A stretch of DNA of 64,000 bases, taken from Pseudomonadota bacterium (GTDB lineage Bacteria; Pseudomonadota; Gammaproteobacteria; Burkholderiales; SG8-39). The stretch is from assembly GCA_040752005.1 (NCBI GenBank), contig JBFMFX010000002.1:64824-128823 (forward strand), given 5' to 3'. The position numbers were made by a program, and so were the translations under genes. Positions 51,662-60,313 of the stretch are shown here, in pieces (position 1 is the stretch's first letter; the number at the start of each line of letters is the position of its first letter). Below the pieces are notes generated by a model. The model was not told the origin of the DNA, made no database searches, and was given only the letters and a program-made list of their open reading frames with translations.

Positions 51662-53163
51662 GTCTCCTCGACGAAGACCTCGGAGCGCTTCTTGCGGATG
51701 TTGGGCGCGGCGATGATCGCGAGCAGGACGATCGCCGCCACCAGGAACGAAGCGCTGATCGGCTTCTGGAAGAAAACGAGCGGATCGCCGCGCGAAAGCA
51801 GCATCGCGCGCCTGAGGTTCTCCTCCATCAGGGGGCCGAGGATGAAGCCGAGGATCATTGGCGCCGGCTCGCACTCCAGCTTCACGCAGATGTAGCCGAG
51901 CAGACCGAAGAAGGCCATGATCAGCACGTCGAAGGGATTGTTCGACAGGCTGAAGACGCCGATCCCCATGAACAGCAGGATCGAGGGATAGAGCAGCCGG
52001 TAGGGCACCGTGAGCAGCTTGATCCACATGCCGATCAGGGGCAGGTTCAAGATCACGAGCATCAGGTTGCCGACCCACATCGAGGCGATCATCCCCCAGA
52101 ACAGCTGCGGGCGCTCGTTCATGACCTGGGGTCCGGGCGCGATGCCCTGGATCATCATCGCCCCGATCATCAGCGCCATCACCGCGTTGGAGGGAATGCC
52201 GAGGGTGAGCAGCGGGATGAACGAGGTCTGCGCGCCGGCGTTGTTGGCCGATTCGGGCGCGGCGACGCCCTCGATCGCGCCCTGGCCGAACTCGTGCGCG
52301 TACTTCGACACCTTCTTCTCCAGCGTGTAGGCGCCGAAGGAGGCGAGCAGCGCTCCGCCTCCGGGGAGGATGCCGAGCGCCGCGCCGAGGAAAGTGCCGC
52401 GCAACGCCGCCGGAATCAGGCGGCGAAAGTCCTCCTTGGTCGGCCAGAGATGGGTCACCTTCTTCGTGAACACCTCGCGCTGCCCGGTCTGCTCCAGGTT
52501 TGTCACGATCTCGGCGATGCCGAACATGCCCATTGCCACCACGACGAAGCCGATGCCGTCGGCGAGTTCCGAGATGCCGAAGGCGAAGCGAAGCACGCCG
52601 GAATTGACGTCGGTGCCGATCAGGCCGAGCAGCAGGCCGAGCACCACCATCGCGATCGCCTTGATGAGCGAGCCGTGCGCCAGCACCACCGCCGCGACCA
52701 GTCCCAGCACCATCAGCGAGAAATACTCCGCCGGGCCGAACTTGAGCGCCACCTCGGCAAGGGGCGGGGCGAACATCGCCACGATCAGCGTGGCCACGCA
52801 GCCGGCAAAGAAAGATACCAGCGCCGCAGTGGCGAGCGCGGGACCGGCGCGGCCCCGCCGCGCCATCTGGTAGCCGTCGATGCACGTCACCACCGAGGAG
52901 GACTCGCCCGGCAGGTTCACCAGGATCGCGGTGGTCGAGCCGCCGTACTGCGCGCCGTAATAGATCCCGGCGAGCATGATGAGCGCGCCGATCGGGTTCA
53001 GGTTGAAGGTGATCGGCAGCAGCATCGCGATGGTCGCCACCGGTCCGACGCCCGGTAGCACGCCGATCAGCGTGCCGAGCAGCACGCCGATCAGGCACAT
53101 CAGGATGTTGAAGGGCGAAAGCGCGACCGAGAAGCCGAGCAGCAGGTTGTTGAAAATCTCCAT
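51658..53163 (-). CDS. tctA: Tripartite tricarboxylate transporter large permease
   Basis: 501 aa, polytopic, with TctA family motifs (GVLPGVGP, YGGSTTAIL, NLPGE). Confidence 0.93.
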   Translation of the reverse strand: MEIFNNLLLGFSVALSPFNILMCLIGVLLGTLIGVLPGVGPVATIAMLLPITFNLNPIGALIMLAGIYYGAQYGGSTTAILVNLPGESSSVVTCIDGYQMARRGRAGPALATAALVSFFAGCVATLIVAMFAPPLAEVALKFGPAEYFSLMVLGLVAAVVLAHGSLIKAIAMVVLGLLLGLIGTDVNSGVLRFAFGISELADGIGFVVVAMGMFGIAEIVTNLEQTGQREVFTKKVTHLWPTKEDFRRLIPAALRGTFLGAALGILPGGGALLASFGAYTLEKKVSKYAHEFGQGAIEGVAAPESANNAGAQTSFIPLLTLGIPSNAVMALMIGAMMIQGIAPGPQVMNERPQLFWGMIASMWVGNLMLVILNLPLIGMWIKLLTVPYRLLYPSILLFMGIGVFSLSNNPFDVLIMAFFGLLGYICVKLECEPAPMILGFILGPLMEENLRRAMLLSRGDPLVFFQKPISASFLVAAIVLLAIIAAPNIRKKRSEVFVEET

Positions 53164-53173
53164 TGCCCCGCCC

Positions 53174-53836
53174 CTACTGCAGGAACTCCGGCCAGATCGG
53201 GAAGGGCAGCGTCAGCCCTTTGACGAACACCAGCACCGAAAAGACCGCGAGCACCACGGCGAGGATGGCGACTTCCTTCGTGCGGTACTCATGGCCGCCG
53301 AGCGCGGCGACGAAGACGAGCAGAATGGAGCTCAGCACCAGCCCGAGCGGCTTGAGCAGGTAGGCGAACACCATGCAGGAGGCGATGATGAGGATGAGCG
53401 GCTTCGCCTTCGGCCGAAAGGCGAACGCGAGCACCGCGAGCACCACCGAGGCGCCCATCATGCCCCAGTCGGCGTTGCCGAGGGCTCGCTTCGACGCCCA
53501 GCCAAGCACCGCATAAACCGCGATCCCGATCGCGAGATCCACGACGTTGAACGACATGCGGACCTCGGTCGCCGCCTTCGGCAGCTTCGACATGAAGCCG
53601 CGCAGGAAGACGACGAAACCGAGGACAGCGAGCAGGCCGCCGAGCAGCGTCGGGAAGTACGCCGGCCCCATGCGCACCGCGGTGCCCATCTGATAGCCGT
53701 ACTCGATCTTCCAGCCGGCCCGGCTGCCCAGCTCGACCAGAAACGCCGGCGGGCCGATCGCGATCAGCATGAACGCGAGGCCGAAGCCCATGAACATCAG
53801 GCCGGCCCAGAAATCCTTCTCGCTGTTGATGCGCAC
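53174..53836 (-). CDS. tctB: Tripartite tricarboxylate transporter small permease (long form)
   Basis: Hydrophobic protein upstream of tctA. GTG at 53836 is preceded by GGGAGGAAG. An alternative ATG lies at 53899. Confidence 0.75.
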   Translation of the reverse strand: MRINSEKDFWAGLMFMGFGLAFMLIAIGPPAFLVELGSRAGWKIEYGYQMGTAVRMGPAYFPTLLGGLLAVLGFVVFLRGFMSKLPKAATEVRMSFNVVDLAIGIAVYAVLGWASKRALGNADWGMMGASVVLAVLAFAFRPKAKPLILIIASCMVFAYLLKPLGLVLSSILLVFVAALGGHEYRTKEVAILAVVLAVFSVLVFVKGLTLPFPIWPEFLQ

Positions 53837-53927
53837 CCGCTTCCTCCCTCTTGCAAGCGTGTCTCCCCGGAAGGCGGGCAAGTGTAGCATGCGCTCCATG
53901 CCGGCCCGAGGGCGAAACGGCGCGGCG

Positions 53928-54554
53928 ATGCTGAGCCGCCTGCGCCGGGCGCAAATTGCGATCACAGCCGCCGCGCTCGCGCTGCTTTTCGCCGCCGCCT
54001 GCGCAGAAAAGCCGAAGCTTTCACGCTTGTCAGCGAACGCGGTGATCCTCGCCTTCGGCGACAGCCTCACCTACGGCACCGGAGCGGCGCAGGCCGAGAG
54101 TTATCCCGCGCAGCTCGCCGCGATCGTCGGGCGCACCGTCGCGCGTGCCGGCGTGCCCGGCGAGACGAGCGCCGCCGGCCTTGCGCGCCTTGCGCAGGCG
54201 CTGGAGGAACACCAGCCGCAGCTGCTCCTGCTCCTTCACGGCGGCAACGACTTTTTGCAACGGCTGCCGAAAGAGCGCACGGCGGCGAACGTGCGCGAGA
54301 TGGTTCGCCTCGCGCGCGGGCGCGGCGTCGAAGTGGTCCTGATCGGCACGCCCGAGCCGGGGCTCACCGTCACGCCGCCGGACTTCTACGCCGGCATCGC
54401 AAGAGAGTTCTCGATCCCCTACGATGGCTCGGTGATCGGCACGGTGCTGCGCGACCCGGGCCTGAAGTCCGACCCGGTGCACCCCAACGCGAAGGGCTAC
54501 CGCCTCATCGCCGAGCGCGTCGCCGCGCTACTGCGCGAATCCGGTGCGCTCTGA
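53928..54554 (+). CDS. SGNH/GDSL hydrolase (TesA-like arylesterase/thioesterase), probable lipoprotein
   Basis: Blocks FGDSLTYG, GGNDF and DPVHPN. Signal sequence ending in AAAC. The start could also be 53889. Confidence 0.85.
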   Translation: MLSRLRRAQIAITAAALALLFAAACAEKPKLSRLSANAVILAFGDSLTYGTGAAQAESYPAQLAAIVGRTVARAGVPGETSAAGLARLAQALEEHQPQLLLLLHGGNDFLQRLPKERTAANVREMVRLARGRGVEVVLIGTPEPGLTVTPPDFYAGIAREFSIPYDGSVIGTVLRDPGLKSDPVHPNAKGYRLIAERVAALLRESGAL

Positions 54555-54557
54555 GCG

Positions 54558-55289
54558 TCAGCGCCGGAGAAACCGCACGTCGCCGAAGTAGGACTCGACC
54601 GATTCGCCGGTGTTGTCGGTGTCGGCCGAGACGATCACGCCGGTCACCGCCGGCGCCGGCAGGCCGAACGCACGCCGGAAATCGTCGGCGAGGTCGCGCC
54701 TGCGCGCCACCCAGCGCCCGAGGAGCGCCGGGCCGCTGTCGGCGACCACCATGCGCACGCGGTCGGTATAGACGTTGGGCACGATCGTGCCCACCGCGGC
54801 GCGCGCGTCCCAGACGTAGCACAGCGCCGCGAGCGGCAGGCGCTCGCCCCAGAGCGCTCGCGCCAGCGCGATCCGCAGCCGCTCGCCGAGATCGAGCGCC
54901 GCCGCATCGAGATCGAAGGTGACGTACAGGCGCGCGGCGTAGTCGTCGCCTTCCTTTTTCGCGAGATCGCCCTTTTCCACCAGGCGCGTCACTTTCCACC
55001 GCCAGGCGAGCACCGGGTACGCCGCGGGGTCCACGCGCAGCGTGCGTGCAAGGCCGGAGGCCGCGGCGCGCGCGCGCACGCGCAAGACGGTGCCGCCCTC
55101 GTCCTCGACGAGCGCGAATTCGGCGGCAGGCGCGCCGCGGAAGGTGACCGGCTCCAGCCACGCCGGAAGGGGCGCACCCGCGGGCAACCGCGAAAAGGCC
55201 AGTGCCTCGACTTCCTCCGGCTGCGCACGCCCGGCGAGGGGCACGCATGCGGCCACGCCAGCAGCGAGGAAGGCGCGGCGGCCGATCAC
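54558..55289 (-). CDS. DUF3047 periplasmic protein
   Basis: Tat-like GRRAFLAAG signal, and YPVLAWRWKV and DDYAARLYVTFD motifs. The GTG start overlaps the upstream TGA. Confidence 0.75.
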   Translation of the reverse strand: MIGRRAFLAAGVAACVPLAGRAQPEEVEALAFSRLPAGAPLPAWLEPVTFRGAPAAEFALVEDEGGTVLRVRARAAASGLARTLRVDPAAYPVLAWRWKVTRLVEKGDLAKKEGDDYAARLYVTFDLDAAALDLGERLRIALARALWGERLPLAALCYVWDARAAVGTIVPNVYTDRVRMVVADSGPALLGRWVARRRDLADDFRRAFGLPAPAVTGVIVSADTDNTGESVESYFGDVRFLRR

Positions 55290-55909
55290 GGCAGGCGCAG
55301 CGCGCGCGGCGCGCGCCGCAGCCGCGCGAGATCCAACGCACGGTCCACGTCGCGCACTTGGGGCAGCTCGCGCCAGCGCAGGCCAAGCGCGCGCAGGCGG
55401 GCGCGCGTCTGCTCCAGCACCCGCGGCCCGCCCCAGGCGATGCCTTCGAACAGGAGCGGCGCCGACCGGCGCAGGCCGATGAGCGCGTAACCGCCGTCGG
55501 CGGCCGGAGCGATCACCGCGTCCATGCCGCCGGCGAGCGCCGCAAATGCTGCGCGCAGTTCGCGCGGCCCGAGCGCCGGACAGTCCGAGCCGACAAGTAC
55601 CGCCGCCGCGCGCCGCCCGAGCGCCTCGGCGAGCGCCGTGTGCATGCGCTGACCGAGGTCCCCTGCGCCTTGCGCGCGCAGGCGCGCGCGGTAGCGGCGC
55701 GCGAGGCGCCGAAGCAGCGGGTGCGCGCATGCGGGCGCGCAGTGCAGCTCGACCTCGGCGCAGCGCGCCCGGCGAGCGCTGGCGAGTGCGCGTTCGAGCA
55801 GCCGGACCTGAAGGCGCGCCGCTGCTGCCGCACCCAGCGCGCGCGCAAGGCGCGTCTTGACGCGCCCCGGGCGCGGCGCCTTGGCGAACACGATCAGGAT
55901 CCCTCTCAC
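55286..55909 (-). CDS. DUF2064 / TIGR04282-type nucleotidyl- or glycosyl-transferase-like protein
   Basis: ILIVFAKAPRPGRVKTRL N-terminus and GSDCP motif. The GTG start overlaps the upstream TGA (GGTGAG). Confidence 0.75.
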   Translation of the reverse strand: MRGILIVFAKAPRPGRVKTRLARALGAAAAARLQVRLLERALASARRARCAEVELHCAPACAHPLLRRLARRYRARLRAQGAGDLGQRMHTALAEALGRRAAAVLVGSDCPALGPRELRAAFAALAGGMDAVIAPAADGGYALIGLRRSAPLLFEGIAWGGPRVLEQTRARLRALGLRWRELPQVRDVDRALDLARLRRAPRALRLP

Positions 55910-56580
55910 CCGCGGGCGTAGCGGCGCGCCAGCTCCTCGGCCGGCACGCCGAAGGAGAACGCGAGCCGCAGCCGCCACATGAGCACGATCGTGCGCAGCA
56001 CGCCGTGGCGCTCCCAGCGCCGTCCGGAGGTGATCGCGCGCGCGCCGATGCAGGCCGGACGCGAGAGCGCCTTCATCCGGCGGCTGAAGACGATGTCCTC
56101 CATGAGCGCGAGATCCGGGTAGCCGCCGGCGCGCTCGAACGCCTCGCGCCGCACGAAGATCGCCTGGTCGCCGGTCGCGATGCCGGTGAGGCGCGAGCGC
56201 CAGTTCATGAAAGCCGCGACGACGCGAAGCAGCGGCGAACGGCCCTCGATCGCGACGTCGAAGCGGCCCCAGGCGCGCGCGGCGAGCGCCTCAGCGACCC
56301 GGCAATCGGCATCCTCCGGCAGCCGGGTGTCGGCATGCAGAAAGATCAGCCCCTCGCCGCGGGCGATCGCCGCCCCGGCGTTCATCTGCCGCGCGCGCCC
56401 GCGCGGGGCGGCGATCACGCGGTCGGCGAGCGGCGCGGCAAGCGCGGGCGTGCCGTCCTTCGATCCGCCGTCCACGACGATCACCTCGTGGCCACGCGCA
56501 CGCAGCGGCGCGAGCGCGGCGAGCGTCGCCGGCAGCGCCCTGGCCTCATCGAGCGCCGGAATGACGATCGAGAGCCTCAT
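55906..56580 (-). CDS. Family 2 glycosyltransferase (TIGR04283-like)
   Basis: LSIVIPALDEA...EVIVVDGGSKDGT...FLHADT. 224 aa from ATG 56580. Confidence 0.82.
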   Translation of the reverse strand: MRLSIVIPALDEARALPATLAALAPLRARGHEVIVVDGGSKDGTPALAAPLADRVIAAPRGRARQMNAGAAIARGEGLIFLHADTRLPEDADCRVAEALAARAWGRFDVAIEGRSPLLRVVAAFMNWRSRLTGIATGDQAIFVRREAFERAGGYPDLALMEDIVFSRRMKALSRPACIGARAITSGRRWERHGVLRTIVLMWRLRLAFSFGVPAEELARRYARG

Positions 56581-56593
56581 CGCGATCCCCGGC

Positions 56594-58831
56594 TCAGCGC
56601 TGTTCCGGACCATACGCCGGCCGGCGGTCGGCGGATGCGGCGGCAAGGCGCGCGAGCACCGCCGCGAGCGAGCCCTCGCCGCGCGACCAGTCATGAAACG
56701 CGGCAAGGAGCGCCTGCTGGCCGCGCGTCACGCGCGCGCGCCGCCACGCGCCGGCGGCGTACTTGTTCGCCTCGGCGAACGTCGGATAGACGTGGATCGT
56801 GCGCAGGATCCCTTCCAAGCCGATGCCGTGGCGCATGGCGAGAACGAACTCGGCCATCAGGTCGCCCGCATGCGCGCCGACGATCGTCGCGCCGAGAATG
56901 CGATCGGTGCCCGGTGCGGTCAGCACCTTGACGAAGCCGTGCGCCTCACCGTCCGCGATCGCGCGATCGAGCTCCTCCAGGCTGTAGCGCGCCACCTCGT
57001 ACGCAACGCCCTTTGCGGCCGCCTCGGTTTCGTTCAGGCCGACGCGCGCCACCTCCGGATCGGTGAAGATGGCCCACGGGATCACCGAGTAATCGGCGCG
57101 GAACCTGCGAAAGCGCCCGAAGAGCGCGTTCACCGTCGCGTACCACGCCTGGTGCGAGGCGGTGTGGGTGAACTGCCAGGGGCCGGTGACGTCGCCGCAG
57201 GCGTAGATGTTGGGATAGTTCGTGCGCAGGTACTCGTCGGTTTCGATCGTGCGCGCCGGCGTGAGCGCAATGCCCAGCTCCTCCAGCCCGTAGCCGGCGG
57301 TGTTCGCGACTCGCCCGAGCGCGCACACGAGCAGATCGAAAGGCACGTGCGCCACGCCGCCGGAGTGCTCGGCGACGAGCCGCTTCTCCCCCGCCTCGAC
57401 GCGGAACTCCTGCGCCCGGTGGCCGGCGAGCACGCGGATGCCTTCGGCGCCGAAGCGCTCGGCCACCAGGACCGAAACCTCCGGGTCCTCGTGCGGAAGG
57501 ATCCGCTCGCGCATCTCCACCTGCGTCACCTCGGCGCCCAGGCGCGCGAGGCACTGCGCCAGCTCGCAGCCGATCGGCCCGCCGCCCAGCACCAGAACGC
57601 GCCGGGGCAGCGCGCGCAGATCCCAGATCGTGTCGGAGGTGACGTAGCCGGTCGCCTCGATCCCCGGGATCGGCGGCACGAGCGGCCGCGCGCCCGCCGC
57701 GATCACGATCGCCTTCGTGGTGAGCCGCACGCTCGAACCGTCGGGCTTCCTCACCTCGACTTCCCAGGGCGTGGCGATGCGCGCCTCGCCGGTGACGCAC
57801 TCGACGCCGAGGGCGCTGTAGCGCTCGCGCGAGTCGTGCGGCGCCACCGTGCGTACCACGCGCGCGACGCGCTCCATGATCTCGCCGAAATCCAGCTCGG
57901 CGCTCGCCGCGCGCAGGCCGAAATCGCGATGGCGCCGGATCTGCGCCACCAGCCGCGCCGAGCGCACGAGCGCCTTGGAGGGCACGCAGCCGGTGTTCAG
58001 GCAGTCCCCGCCCATGCGGTCGCGCTCGACAAGCGTCACCTTCGCCTTCACCGCGGCCGCGATATAGGCGGCGACCAGGCCCGCCGAGCCCGCGCCGATG
58101 ACCACCAGGTTGCGCTCGAAGCGCCGCGGTCGCAGATGCGCCCAGCGCGCGTACACCCGATGCGCCTTCGCCGCGCCGACCGCTTTCCTCGCAAGCAGCG
58201 GAAAGACGCCGAGCAGCACGAACGAGCCGAGCAGCCCGGGCGAGAGGATTGCGGCGGGCGAGTCAATCGCCGCGAGCTGTGTCCCGGCGTTCACGTACAC
58301 CACGGTGCCGGCGAGCATGCCGAGCTGGCTGACCCAGTAGAACGTCCAGGCGCGCATCGGCGTCAGGCCCATGACCAGGTTGATGGCGAAGAACGGGATC
58401 GCCGGGATCAGCCGCAGCGTGAAGAGGTAGAAGGCGCCGTCGCGCGCGATGCCGTCGTTCACCGCGCGCAGGTGCCGGCCGAACCGCTCCTGCACCCAGT
58501 CGCGCAGCACGAACCGGCTGGCGAGAAAGGCGAGCGTCGCGCCGACCGACGAGGCGAACGAGACGATCACCGTGCCCCAGGCGAGCCCGAAGATCGCCCC
58601 GCCGGCGAGCGTCATCGGCACCGCGCCCGGCAGGGACAGACCGGTCACCAGCACGTAGAGCAGGAAATAGCCGCCGACCGTCGCCAGCCGATGCGATTCG
58701 TAAAAGGCGCGCGCGGCGTCGGCCTGCGCCTTCAGGTTTGCGAGCGTGAGCGCCTCATGCCCGCCGAAGGCGAAGAACGCGCCGGCGAGCGTGGCGAGAA
58801 CCGCGAGCACGGCAAGACGGGACCGGGTCAT
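56594..58831 (-). CDS. Fusion protein: N-terminal DedA/TVP38-TMEM64 membrane domain plus C-terminal FAD/NAD(P) pyridine-nucleotide-disulfide oxidoreductase
   Basis: About 230 hydrophobic N-terminal residues (RLIPAIPFFAINLVMG). These are followed by the dinucleotide fold VVIGAGSAG, the redox-active GGDCLNTGCVPSK motif, a second GGGPIGCE fold, and a dimerisation domain. Confidence 0.85.
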   Translation of the reverse strand: MTRSRLAVLAVLATLAGAFFAFGGHEALTLANLKAQADAARAFYESHRLATVGGYFLLYVLVTGLSLPGAVPMTLAGGAIFGLAWGTVIVSFASSVGATLAFLASRFVLRDWVQERFGRHLRAVNDGIARDGAFYLFTLRLIPAIPFFAINLVMGLTPMRAWTFYWVSQLGMLAGTVVYVNAGTQLAAIDSPAAILSPGLLGSFVLLGVFPLLARKAVGAAKAHRVYARWAHLRPRRFERNLVVIGAGSAGLVAAYIAAAVKAKVTLVERDRMGGDCLNTGCVPSKALVRSARLVAQIRRHRDFGLRAASAELDFGEIMERVARVVRTVAPHDSRERYSALGVECVTGEARIATPWEVEVRKPDGSSVRLTTKAIVIAAGARPLVPPIPGIEATGYVTSDTIWDLRALPRRVLVLGGGPIGCELAQCLARLGAEVTQVEMRERILPHEDPEVSVLVAERFGAEGIRVLAGHRAQEFRVEAGEKRLVAEHSGGVAHVPFDLLVCALGRVANTAGYGLEELGIALTPARTIETDEYLRTNYPNIYACGDVTGPWQFTHTASHQAWYATVNALFGRFRRFRADYSVIPWAIFTDPEVARVGLNETEAAAKGVAYEVARYSLEELDRAIADGEAHGFVKVLTAPGTDRILGATIVGAHAGDLMAEFVLAMRHGIGLEGILRTIHVYPTFAEANKYAAGAWRRARVTRGQQALLAAFHDWSRGEGSLAAVLARLAAASADRRPAYGPEQR

Positions 58832-58870
58832 GGGCGGCCGGCGTCCGGGTCGCGCACCGCTGACCGCGGC

Positions 58871-59413
58871 TTACAGCAGGTTGGCCGCGCGGTAGGACTG
58901 CTCGTCCATCAGCGTGAGCAGGCGGCTGCTCGTCGCGCGCAGCCGCTGCGACAGCATCAGCACCAGCTCCATCAGGATTTTCGCCCCGAGCATCGGCTGC
59001 TCGACGATGATGCGCGCGAGATTCTCGCGGTCGAGCACCGCCAGCAGCGTCGGCTCGGCGGCGATGCAGGTGGCGAAGCGCGGCTCGCCGTCGATCATGG
59101 ACATCTCGCCGAGCGTCTTGCCGGCCTCGACCACCGCGATCAACTGCGGCGTGTCCCAGCGGTCGCGCTTCCTCACCTCGACCCGCCCCTCGACCAGCAT
59201 CAGCATGAAATCGCCGTCGTCGCCCTCGCGGATGATCTCGACGCCCGGCGGCGCGCGATAGACGTTCATGAAATGGGCGAGCAGCCGCACCTCGGCGGGC
59301 GAAAAATTCTCCAGCAGGCTGCATTTCGGGATGAGCGCGTGGATCTGCGAGGCAAACCGGGTCGCGTCGCCGAGATACTCCAGATGCGCAAGCTGCCGGG
59401 GCCGTTCGCTCAT
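58871..59413 (-). CDS. Stand-alone cyclic-nucleotide-binding domain protein
   Basis: The cNMP-binding cassette GEMSMIDGEPRFATCIA is preceded by a beta-roll (IIREGDDGDFMLMLVEGRVEV). I see no DNA-binding domain. Confidence 0.8.
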   Translation of the reverse strand: MSERPRQLAHLEYLGDATRFASQIHALIPKCSLLENFSPAEVRLLAHFMNVYRAPPGVEIIREGDDGDFMLMLVEGRVEVRKRDRWDTPQLIAVVEAGKTLGEMSMIDGEPRFATCIAAEPTLLAVLDRENLARIIVEQPMLGAKILMELVLMLSQRLRATSSRLLTLMDEQSYRAANLL

Positions 59414-59437
59414 TGCGGGCTGTCTCCGGCGGCGATT

Positions 59438-60313
59438 CTAGCCGATCAGCCAGAGCACGGTCCCGAGCCAGCCGGCCACCGCGATCATGAGAACCGCGTC
59501 GGAGAGCAGCTCTTCGGCCGGATCGCCGCCCCCGCCGCGGAAGTGCAGCCGGTAAAGATAGCGAAAGGTGCCGAGCAGCACCCACGGCAGCGTGAGGATC
59601 AGGTCGCCGGTGCCGTGCAGCGCCGCGGTCTCCTCGTCGAGCGTGTACAGAGCGTAAGTCGCCACGGTCGCCGCGGCGCATGCGAAGGCGGCACGGTCGA
59701 GAAACGCCGTGCTGTAGGCCGCCAGGACCGCGCGGTGTTCGCCCGCGTCCTGGGCGAGCTGCGCGATCTCGGCGCGGCGCTTCGCGAAGCCGAGAAAGAG
59801 CGTCAGCAGGAAGCCGCACGCGAGCAGCCACTTCGACGGCTCGATGCCGATGCCGGCGGTGCCGGCGAGCAGCCGCAGCATGAAGCCGGCGGCGATCGCG
59901 AACACGTCGAGCACCGGAATCTCCTTCAGCCCGAGCGAGTAGGCGACGTTGAGCGCAAGGTACGCGGCGAGCATCGCGGCCGCACCCGCGCCCGCCCACG
60001 CGGCGGCGGCGGCGAGGCCGGCTGCGGCGCTCGCCGCGGCGAGCGCGTAGGCGGCGCCGACCGGCACCGCGCCGCGGGCGACCGGTCGGCGGCGCTTGTC
60101 GGGATGCAGGCGGTCGCGCGGTGCGTCGCGGCAGTCGTTGAACGCATAGACCGCGCCCGCGCCGAGGCAGAACGACGCGGTCGCCGCGACCGCCGACGCG
60201 ACGAGCTGCGCATCGCCCCAGGCGTGACCGAAGACAAGGCCCGTCAGCACGAAGGCGTTTTTCGGCCACTGGCGCGGCCGCAGCAGCTCGAGGTACGCGA
60301 GCAGCCGCGTCAT
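59438..60313 (-). CDS. UbiA-family prenyl-phosphate phosphoribosyltransferase-like protein (DPPR-synthase-like)
   Basis: LLRPRQWPKNAFV N-terminus and Asp-rich motif FNDCRDAPRDRLHPDK. Polytopic. The ATG overlaps the upstream TGA (ATGA). Confidence 0.8.
   Translation of the reverse strand: MTRLLAYLELLRPRQWPKNAFVLTGLVFGHAWGDAQLVASAVAATASFCLGAGAVYAFNDCRDAPRDRLHPDKRRRPVARGAVPVGAAYALAAASAAAGLAAAAAWAGAGAAAMLAAYLALNVAYSLGLKEIPVLDVFAIAAGFMLRLLAGTAGIGIEPSKWLLACGFLLTLFLGFAKRRAEIAQLAQDAGEHRAVLAAYSTAFLDRAAFACAAATVATYALYTLDEETAALHGTGDLILTLPWVLLGTFRYLYRLHFRGGGGDPAEELLSDAVLMIAVAGWLGTVLWLIG

Noticed and set aside
55286-56580. Assigning the TIGR04282/TIGR04283-like pair to arsenosugar biosynthesis.
   Set aside because: No ArsS-type radical SAM gene, arsM or other arsenic genes are present in the window. 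The context here (UbiA, GT-C, DedA fusion) points to a different process, so the database-style name would be misleading.
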